NCBI GenBank assembly: GCA_002269645.1 | Contig: NIVC01000900.1 | Span: forward strand, 186,001 to 250,000 | Source of the DNA: Macrostomum lignano | Taxonomy: Eukaryota | DNA: 64,000 nt | Reading direction: 5' to 3' | Shown: one piece after another, positions 53,971-64,000 of the stretch | Position numbering within the stretch: position 1 is the stretch's first letter | How the letters are laid out: the number at the start of each line of letters is the position of its first letter | Translations under genes and position numbers: made by a program | The notes under the pieces: generated by a model | What the model was told of the DNA's origin: nothing | The model's database searches: none | Seen by the model: the letters and a program-made list of their open reading frames with translations, nothing else

Positions 53971-56339
53971 TTGATGAAAAAGTGGCATCTTTAATAGCCG
54001 TTCAACGATGCCGATTTATGAGCTAGGAAAGCTTTCAGTAGTGAAGAATTAACCTAAGCTTTTTAGCTCTTTTGTTTTTCGCACAGTTTCCCGGGGCTTT
54101 TGAAATATTGATTGAATGAAGCAGAATCGCCGGTTTTCTCTTTACAATGAATTTCTTTTTTGATTGAATCGATCGAGTTGGCTTCCCGTAAGCAATTTGT
54201 CTCTTAGTCTCTCGCACATTTTACGAGCGTAGATCGCAACACTTTTTTCAGGCTCCAAAGTCAGTCATCAATGTAAAAAGAATGCGCGGAGTGCGTCCTA
54301 AAAACGAAGTTTTTTACGGAAATTCAACGCAAAAAGCTGTACCGGAAGAATAGAATATAGAATAGATAGATGAGCTCCATTCTGTAGGACATCTAAAGTT
54401 TAAGCAAAAAAACTCGGAGCTGCAACTGCCTTCCGCTTGCAGAATGCTTCTTTTCCTAACATAATGAGCTTCAAACTACTTGCTGGGAGACATGGAGAGA
54501 GACGGCTGAAGCGTGAAAGCGTGAACACGCAATCGGGCACACGCAAAGGCGGCCAAAGCGGGTCGTAACGTTGACCTCCGCCTTGTCAATTTTGAGAAGA
54601 ACCCTATAGCTATCGTTTAGTCGCTAAATCTTTTTAAGCTCGTGGGTTTTCTTCAGTTTCACACATTTGCGATGCAGACATTCACGCGAAAATTACACAC
54701 TTTCAAAGACATTTACCACACGCAGTATTAATAAAACTTTAAAGGATGTTTAAGCAAATCATCCCACAAGTTACTTAAGCAAATTACTCAAAACCTTTGG
54801 AAATCATTTTGAATGGTACTAAAATTATATACGCGCTCCACATTAAAAACAGGACGAGAGCCTCATCTGCGGGCGGTCCCAGTTACAACACAATCCTTAT
54901 TTTTTATCTGGATTCAGGATTAAGTTGCTTGAGTTATGAACTCGTTAACACCTAAACAAAAGTGGACGGCAATGCTGATCTGTTTGTTGAGAAATCAGCA
55001 AGCGAAAGATAACTATACTCAGCAACATTAAAAAGTCGCCACCCGGTGCCCCAGTGAGCAGTGTCTTTCGACCAGTGTCTATCACCTGGCCAACCATTTT
55101 GATATAAAAAATGCTTGCAGAAACAATGAAAACCGGGTGAAGCTATTCAATCCATCCAATCTTCGTTCTCCGCTCTTCCCAATCCCTCCTCACCCAGCCC
55201 AACTCTGCGTCGCGTCGTGTGGCGCAAGTTGCGTCACTCAAAAGTCAATACTGAGCTACAATTCACTGCGCACTCTCAAAGGTGGCGACTTCTTAATGTT
55301 GTTGAGTATAGATGAATGTAGACTCAATTTAATCCAAATAATGACAAAATCGATGGGGATTATTTAAGAGCTGGAAAAGGTACATGTCATGGGTTTCGGC
55401 CTTTTCGGCCCCTTTCGGAAAGCCTTCGCGCCTCAGGTCTCAGAAATAAATCAATTAGAGTCCTGGCCCCCCACTCCTGTCAGATGGTCAGCCCCATGGT
55501 AGCTTGATCGTGTGGCGAGCAGTCTAGGTCCATAGCGCCTAAGAGAGGGACAGCGAGAGACAAGCACGGAGAATTTTGAAGGTAGAGATCAGCTAATCCG
55601 CAGATCAACTAACCCGCTGCCACCAGCCCGTGTGTCCTGGCTCACCAAACCAGAACTTTCGAAATCGGGCTTCCGACTAGAGGGGGCTTTGCACTTACCT
55701 GCCAACTAGTGTCTTTTTCTGTCAATCTCGAAGTCATAGCCGATGATAAGGGACACTGCTGGGACTAGATCGCATTGGCCATGCAGGTACAGAGGGGACT
55801 TGTGCAGGGGATTCTTGCAGTGGCGAGCCTATGGGGTAGCTACATGTACTATTACATTGCTTAATACGAAAATATGTACTTTTGGCATTCAACGCGCCAA
55901 CTAGCCTCTCATAGCCCTGATGATAGACTAACTCGAACATCGGAGACCGCATGATTCATTACCCGAGCCGCTTGGCGGACCTAGAGTGCACAGAAGTACA
56001 TCTCTGGCGCCGATTCTGCACTATTGGCAATTTTGCTCACTGATTTGATAGATTGATCGACTGAGAACTGCCTTGCCATTGGTCCACTGTGACCGGCGCC
56101 TACTAGCTTAGCTACTCATCTGAGCCATCGGCGAACAAAAAAATAAAACCGCGGATAAAAATAACTGTCAGATTTAACCTTCTCATTGAATCACTTCACA
56201 CCTCAGATTAAATTGGAGCTTCAGACTACTAGCAGTATTATTGAATGATTTCTGCCTCAGTACAGCACAGTACAGCTTTTGTTCAGTACAGCACTACTGA
56301 ACAAAATGAGCAAAAGTGTGCGCCTAATCCAGCTACTGA

Positions 56340-57730
56340 AATAGGGGACAGGTAAGGAATCACCCGATCAAGCAAGTCTAGGTAGCCTCTCACCCAACAA
56401 ATCAGAAACTCATCAGCCGGAGACCAGGTAATCCACAGTGACCGAATCGGCTTAGTGCTTCGCAGCTGGAGGCCCGGGATGATGCTGATGTCACAATCTT
56501 CGCAGATAGCTAGCAGGTGATGTTCTTAATCTTGATGTTCGCTGCTGACGACCAGGTGGATTCGTCCTTGATGGTGATGAGGGGAGTCGCGATCCGGGGA
56601 TCAAGAGACGACGGTCGGGCTCCGGAAGGTCTAAGTTAGGCCAAAGTCCCAGGAGGCGGAGCAGGCGGTTGAGTCCGAGCGGGCCAAAAACACCGGTTTA
56701 AATAGCCGCCAACTGGACTGCAATTTGTTATAATGGAACACCTCGACGCTGATTGGCTGAGCCGATTTGTTATAACGCACGTCGAATTTTCTGTTCGGCT
56801 GAGCTTCTTGCCACCCAAACTCACGTGACCAGAAGATCCTATCAGTTCCCTCGGGGCCATAAAAATACGACAGGTGCGGTCATAAATCACTCAAAATCAA
56901 TGATTTATGACCCAAAAGCCGCACCTATGTTATTATAACTACTGGTATGGCAAAATCATATAACTAGTATGAATTCTAGGAAAATTACATAAAGAGAAGA
57001 AAAAAGGCCCATAGCCTGTTGTTAGTATAGTAGGCTAGTAAGTTTGAAGCCCATGTGCGAGCGTGAAGTTTGGAAAAAGTGCGTCCTCATCACATGTAAG
57101 CAAGGCAGGGATCGAGTAGCCAGGGAAGAAAAAAATCGAAGAAATAAAATGCTCTTGTCTTTTGAAATATTGTACAACAACAGCAGCAAAAAACTTTGTC
57201 AATTAGGGTTTTTAGAAGGCTGCAGCATCATAGCGCGCGCCTCTGGGCCAGGTCGCGAATGCAGGCCACGCGGCCGACCGAATCCGAGGCGCCGGCGCCA
57301 GCAGGCAGATAACGAAATGCCCAGTGCGGACGACAGGACTGCCCTCACAGAACGAAAGGTAGCCGAGTCAATACCGCGGCGATGCCGCAGATCCTCGCGG
57401 ACGCCGGGAACCAGACCGTCGAGGCAGATGAACTTAGACTGGCAACGCGCACAGAAGCCCCCATCGCCTAGCCTGCAATTTTGTGCCGAGGTGCAAGATA
57501 GACAGTCATATTACATGTATATGTGTCATATTACATGTCGTTCGGCAAGCAGAGGCAGCAGAGCATGACTGGGGTCCAACAACCAGGCCGACATTGATCG
57601 CCGCAACAGCAACCAGCTTTTTATTCGTCGCTGGGTGCGCTCTCGAGGCGAAGATCGTCGGCTTAGGACGTCAAGTACGCTGATCGCGGGCCTCTTCGGT
57701 TGTCGGCGACCCAGAAAGCCGCAGAAAGTC
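56340..57730. promoter_or_regulatory. CpG-rich island, candidate (bidirectional) promoter of the Smad gene
   Basis: CpG-dense compared with its flanks, CCAAT box CTGATTGGC at ~56750, and candidate first exons diverging on both sides. Confidence 0.45.
57317..57358 (+). CDS. candidate first coding exon of the Smad gene (MPSADDRTALTERK)
   Basis: ATG inside the CpG island and a phase-0 donor AAG|gtagcc that matches the phase-0 acceptor at 62760. There is no homology support. Confidence 0.42.
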
Positions 57731-60700
57731 TTCGTTTGTAGGAAGAGAGAATTATTCACACCACAAAGTCAAGCACAAGAACAAAAAATTAAAAGTATCC
57801 TGAACTTGAACCCCTTGAATCTCTGCCATTGAGTAAAGAACTATATAGGTACATGTGTACGTTACATGTATACTACCGCGGTAGATCTGATCTTCCGCAA
57901 ACATTTCACAGAAAACAATGCATTAGCTTTTTTATCGAATTTCAAGCGTCTACAGCCATCAGCCTTACTCAGAGGGTCAGCCGACCACCTTACTCCCATA
58001 TTCACCATTAGTCTGAATAAAACACTTTCCTCTGTGTTCACTTCTGTCCTGAACTCTGTTTGTTGCCTGGTCTCTTGTCTTTTGAAAAAAATTAAATGCT
58101 CTCGTAGCTACAAGAAATTTCAAAAGTTTACAAACAAAAAAGACAGAATTATTTTATGTGGAATTTTTGCTAGCTACTACACGAGCTAAAAGTCCTGTAA
58201 TTCGGTTGCAAAGTTATGCTTTCCACAATAAGCCATCTGTAACGTTTTGTTAGTTAGAAGTAAGTTTAATCCTTATATTTAAATTCAATTTTTTAGACCT
58301 TAACTTTGCGCAAGTTCATTTAGCATTTTTTGATAAATACCAAATGTTGGTTTGTTGAAATCGAATAATTTCCAAGAAATTTTATTCATATTTGAACATG
58401 TAACTTAAAGTATTTTTGCTTAATTAGCTACTACTTTAATTACTACTGCTTTAATTACTTTGTGTAACCTCCGACCATGCGGGCCGGTCTTGGTTGAAGG
58501 ATCAGCCTTCATACGAATGCGACATCGTTATGTGTAATATTAAAAAATGACATTTCCTGCAGCATAACCTTAGCAACCTTTGCTAAGTAAATATATGCTA
58601 TTGCCATGGGCATAATCAATTCCAAAGAGAAAGTAGTAGTTTAAACTTTAAAGCAACTAAAATGTAACTGTGTAGTGTAGTTAGTAGAAGCAATCACTCC
58701 AATCTACAATGTAATTCAATCAGTGATTGTAGTCACATAAATGGCTTAATTGACAGTAAAAATAGGCCTTTACTCATTAGTAGTAGAACTCTTATGAGGG
58801 TAGGCCTATTAAAATCAGTGAAACTTTTAATTTAAAAATTATGAACTTAGTTTGCTAAACAAAAAAGAACATTATGATACTATCTGAACTGAATGCTGAC
58901 TGTCTTAACTGAATGTCTGACTGTCTAAATATATTATATTTGCATTAACTTTGCATTAAAAAGTTAAACTATAGTTTGATAGTTAAAATAGACCTAGGTT
59001 TATTATAATATGCAGTCTAGATATTCATAACAAGTCATAAATATTTTCTTTGTCTATGATATGACTATCATAGACAATAAATACCAGCTCAGTTTCTTAA
59101 AGCAAATAATAAATTTGGCATCATTTTCAAATAAAGTACATTTAACAGAGAAAAATGTTGGCTTTAGACCTAATCTAGATTTTTAAGTTTAATAATTTTT
59201 GTTTAAAATAATTTTTTAACTTAAATGTTTCTAATTCTGTTTTATTATCATAATTTAAGCCTAATATACCTATAGTAAAGGCATTTATTCTGTTTATGAC
59301 TAGGCCTAGGCCTATACCAGGTTGCGGATAGCCACCCAGCCACCCTAAGTGGATGAACAAAACAGCCACCCTAAGTTTTTACTCCTTGGCATACACAATC
59401 AGCGTACACAGCCCTTAGCAAACACTATTGATAATGGTATACACAAGTAACACAGCCACGTATACTTTTTTGGCGTATAAATTTTGGTAAATAAATTCAT
59501 GCCATGCATGAAAATTGTAATATAAATTAAGGTTTTTATGTAAGGTAATGGAAAATTCGTATTGTCAGTAAAAAAAATTTTGCTTCTTTGAAATTAACAA
59601 TAAATAAAATTAGTGTAAATTTTTGCTAAAAGTATCAATTTTTTTGCATCCCTTTTGGAATAAGTTTCAAAAACCTGTGCACGTGACATGGGTAGGGACT
59701 TCAGTGAGTTATAAGAAGTGCGTGCCAATGGCAAAAAAGTAAGAAAAAAGTTCAATTTTTCAAGGGCGATTTTAAAGAAACTATAGAAGCCAGGATGAAA
59801 GTAAAATATGCATTTAAAAGGTAAAAAGGAGCTCTTTCAAATGACACCAACTGCAAGTCTAGCTTTGTTATACTTTTTGCACTGTCTATTTTTAAAGTTG
59901 ACCATTTTTTAGGAGGAATATAAAATTGAAGCCAAAATGAATAAAAAAACAGTGGTTCAGAAAATGCTTTTTCTTAGCTGCAATGTGTTTCTTATAATGG
60001 AAACAAAGGTTTTATAGTGTAAAGGGATAATTTAGAAACATTTTTCTGGTGTTAAAAAAATTTTTTTTTCTTTTAATGCCCATATGGCTCTATGCAAAAT
60101 TTCAAATCCAAAATTTTCCATGAAATCCTTTTCCTGCATTGTTTCTCTTTATATTTTTCATTACCTATTGACAATACAAGCACAGTAAAAAAACCGCTTG
60201 CCAATAGCTATAGGCGCAAAAATTTTGTGGAGGTTTCTTTTTTTAATACGTTTACATGTAAAATACCCATTGAAACGTGTATTTCGTGTTTTTTGTGAGA
60301 CTCTGCCTTCCGGCAAACTAGTTCTCTGTGTCATTTAACTAATTCTGCTATGCTGAACACGATAGGCAAAACCGTTTTTTAATAAACCCATGCGCAAAGC
60401 CTGTACAGCACATTACATTGCAGTTGGGGTGTCTGTCATGCATTAAAAATTTAGGGCAAGAAGTAGAATAGTATTATAGTAGGTAAAAACCTGAACAAAA
60501 TGACACTAGCCTTGTATAAATTAAGCAAGCAGAACAGATGCTATTGTATTTTTAAAATTGCAATCATTGCGTATCTGGTTAAAATAGTCAAAATTTCATA
60601 CACCCATCCTGTTTCAATTAGCTTAGCAACTTGGGCATATAAAATAATATTAAAATATATAATTCATACAATTAACACTAAAAAACTGAACAAAATGACA

Positions 60701-62759
60701 CCAAGCACAGTCATTTTGGTTGGCTAGAAAATTAATTACAAGTGTTCAAAGACAAAAAGCCAACTTTTTGGCCAAAAATGATCACAAACCGTAATGTAAA
60801 AATTCCATTGGCTAAAGGCACAAATCGGGGTTACTAAAATAGCTGTAGTTTCCTTATTACTCAACCAAATCACTAAAGTTTGGCCATTTTGGAAATGGGA
60901 AAGTAAGATCTATCTAGTGAAATAGCAGCCTATAACAATTTCTGAAATTTAATTTTCTCACTGAAGTGCCTAACATGGGTGTCAAAATTGTGCCCTCAAA
61001 AGCGCAACGCAACACCAATGTCTGTTGACTGAATGACCAGGGGTAGAGGACGCCATAGCAGCCATGTTATAATTGACAATTCCCATTCTGGCATTAACTC
61101 CAGACATCGAGACCATGGGGCGAGGAACGAAAGTATTCCTTTCAATTTTGCGGAAAAAGAAGTAAAATTTAAAAACAATAAACAGTAAAACAACAAAGGT
61201 ACAACACTTGGAAAAATAGCGCATGCATTGTAACTAACAAGTAACATTTCTAAAAATTATATTTGAAGTATTAGTTATTTTACCATCAAAAAAAAGAACA
61301 ATTCAAGAACTAGTTATTATCAAACATGTTTGAAACATTTAAATACCAAGAAACAACCATGAACATATTACAATGAAACACAGTTTATAAGGTTTTGGCT
61401 ACAGATCCAGGCCACAATGCGTCACATGACGACGCCAGCCACCAAGTTGCCATACTGTTGCATCATGTGATGCAACACATGACGACACCAGGTTTCCACA
61501 GTTTCGCGCAACGTGATATACCACTTGACACCACTGTCGTGCGACGTGACACTAGGAGAATCCAAAAATGCGACAGACGGTCATCCACGTTTTGTCAACT
61601 TATTCCAATAGGGTTTTGCATTATATTATTTGTAGGTAATAATATTTTCATCATAGTGCTTTTCATAATATTTTAAAAACACATCATACAAAAGCCTTTC
61701 TTAGAAAACTCTACTTGTGAAAAACCATATTACCTTTTAAGAATTTTTGGTGTACATTGGCATACAAAGTCCTTGATGCCCAAATTTGGTCTAGCGTACA
61801 CGGATACATGATCCGCACACTAGGGCCTATAGAGAATATTTTGCTTCTATAGGCCATAGATAGGAAAATGGCATATATGCTAAAAATTTCTAGGTTAGGC
61901 CTTATACTTTAAAAATTGGCATACATATTAGGGTGTAAAACCAACATGGCCACATAACAAGATGGCCATAGCTGGGATAGGGTTCATAGAAAATGACAAC
62001 TGGTTTTATTATTTTATAGTGAGATGGGGGTGGAGAAAGAAAAATAAAATTTGAAGTTAGGTTTTCTTCAAAACCAGTCAGCGTTGCATTTGCACAAGTA
62101 AATCTAGAAAATCATGCAGACAAATCACAATTGATATAGTATACTATATCAATCTTCAATAGCCCCTCTGTTAATTTAACAACAGATAGTATAATTCTTT
62201 ACCTCATATAGCTCTTTATAACCTATAATTTCCTTTTTAAACTAAGACTAAAACAAGCTTTCCTTGAAGTTTGCTTCTAGAAGACTAAAGACAAAAAATT
62301 AATGTATCAAAAGATTTTAAGTATCTACCACTGAATTCATTTTTGAAAAGATATAACAAATAAAATTAAGTGACAAAAAGAAATAACTAAGAAAAATGAT
62401 AAGATTGGAATGGAATCATTGTGGAATGGAATAAAAAAGGTATAGATTAGAGCAATGTTAAATCTTTGCTCAATAGTCAAACTTTCAAGCCATAGACTCA
62501 AGGCAGCAGTTGTCTTGAGTATAGCACTCTGCCACTCTGAATTAACTCAATTGCTCATAAACTCAAACTGACTTCATAAAGCTGTGTTATATTATGATTT
62601 TTTTGTTGAAATTACTTATTACAAAACAAGTTGAAACCCATTTCACAATCAAGTTTTTTTTTTCAATTCTCAATGTATATTTGTCTGAGATCTTACACTA
62701 AGTATGAGTTAGCTTTGATTTATTGGCACTCAATCGATTTATTGCTGCTTGATTTCCAG

Positions 62760-64000
62760 CTGGTCCCAGAGAAGCAGCAACGCCAGGCAGTTGCAAGCTT
62801 GCTGCACTGGCTGGCCAGCTGCTATCAGCTTGATGAGGCAACTCTGACTGAAACAGCTGGTCAGCTCTCCAGTCTGTCAGATGGTCAGCTTCGCGACCTG
62901 TTAGCTGCAGCGACTGCTGCTAATGAAGTCTGTTTGGACTCTGTGCCACCATCCATACCCACCAGTTCATGCTGCATTCCACTGCCTATCAATCTTAAAC
63001 CGCGACTGCTGGTTTGTCGCCTGCGTAGATGGACAGATTTGGATGACAATTCAGAGGAACTGTTACGAGTTTGTCGATGCAGTGTAGAAAATGGGAATGC
63101 CAATGGTAACTCTTCAAGCGAGCCTGCTACTGAGAGTAGTAGCGTAGGTGCTGGATTTGATGTCTTTTGTTGGTAAGTTGAGTATCAACTTACCAAGAAT
63201 ATCAAGAATAGCCCATGCCCATGCTATGTTTTGGCCGTCTCAAAAGTTTACCCAAGTAGCCTATTTAGCTTTGTACTAACCGCGGCCATCTCTGCTTAAC
63301 TTTTGCCCAAATCAGGTTTCATCAGGAAGATTGTAAAGTCTATGAAAGTACTGTATATTTGCAAGTTTTTTAGAGCATATCCTAATCATACTACTTTTGT
63401 GGCCCATGCAGTCAGTAGTCTGGGTGGTTTCGTTTGAATCATGGTGTCATTTGGTATCCCAGGCCTAAAACCTCAGTGTTAAAATGAAGTTTGGTGGATA
63501 TCAGTGCCATATTTCGAGCTCCAATGGGGGTTGTAGTCTTAGTGGTGAGAGCGTCGGACTCCCGGCTGAAAGGTCGGGGGTTCGATTCCCGATCCCTGTC
63601 CAAACAATTTGTGTCCTTGAGCAAGACACTTAACTCTGCATTGCTTCAGTTCACCCAGCTGTAAAATGGGTGCCAGCATCAGCTGGGGTAATTGAGGGTG
63701 TGTGGCGACCCCCCCCCCCAGTTCTTGGACTGAACAGCCGTACGCAGCCTTTTCATTTTCGCTAAGGCAGGTAATACGGCATATTGGCAGTAGTATAGTG
63801 TGCGTTGAACAGTAGTGAATTTATTTTTTCCAATCAACTGCACTGCAGCGCCAATCCCATGCACTACACTCGCCGGGTCTGGTGCACGGCTTTCTATTAC
63901 GAACTGGATAATCGGGTTGGCGATGCCTTCAAGGCGAGCGAGCCCTGCCTGCGCATTGACGGCGGCGGTGGCGGCAGCTTTGATCGGGTCGGTCGCCGAA
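62760..64000 (+). CDS. smad: divergent Smad protein (MH1 exon 62760-63172; MH1 end plus MH2 start exon 63849 to beyond the window); subclass unassigned
   Basis: MH1 reads EKQQRQAVASLL...CIPLP...LLVCRLRRWTDL...VCRC...VFC|CANPMHY. MH2 starts WCTAFYYELDNRVGDAFKASEPCLRIDG. The phase-2 junction tg|gtaagt ... ctgcag|c is consistent. Confidence 0.92.
63527..63749 (+). mobile_element. tRNA-derived CORE-type SINE, copy 2 (Smad intron)
   Basis: A box TAGTCTTAGTGG and B box GGTTCGATTCC; the body is near-identical to 49730-49876. Confidence 0.88.

Noticed and set aside
57044-57568. 174-aa ORF in the CpG island
   Set aside because: A GC-rich chance ORF; only the 14-codon segment 57317-57358 is kept as a candidate exon.

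Overview
This is animal genomic DNA with GT-AG introns and very dense tandem repeats. The repeat landscape and gene style suggest a free-living flatworm such as Macrostomum, but that is inference and was not verified. I reconstructed eight genes by hand from splice sites and protein motifs: (1) the last exon of an Iroquois homeobox gene; (2) an 8-exon LRR+PDZ (LAP/Erbin-like) gene; (3-5) three secreted PAN/Apple + ConA/LamG-like paralogs, one apparently frameshifted; (6) an EGF/TSP1 type-I membrane protein gene; (7) a calumenin-like CREC gene ending in HDEL; (8) a highly derived Smad running off the right end. Mobile elements include two CORE-type tRNA-SINEs, an RNase H-bearing LINE remnant, a Penelope-like remnant with a degenerate hammerhead, a Tc1/mariner remnant and several MITEs. 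Most long ORFs in the supplied track are minisatellite artefacts. The most unusual signals are a Smad with no MH1-MH2 linker and no DNA-binding hairpin, a 4.4-kb block almost free of CpG, a mosaic pair of inverted paralogs, and introns each filled by their own minisatellite. All counts and alignments were done by eye.
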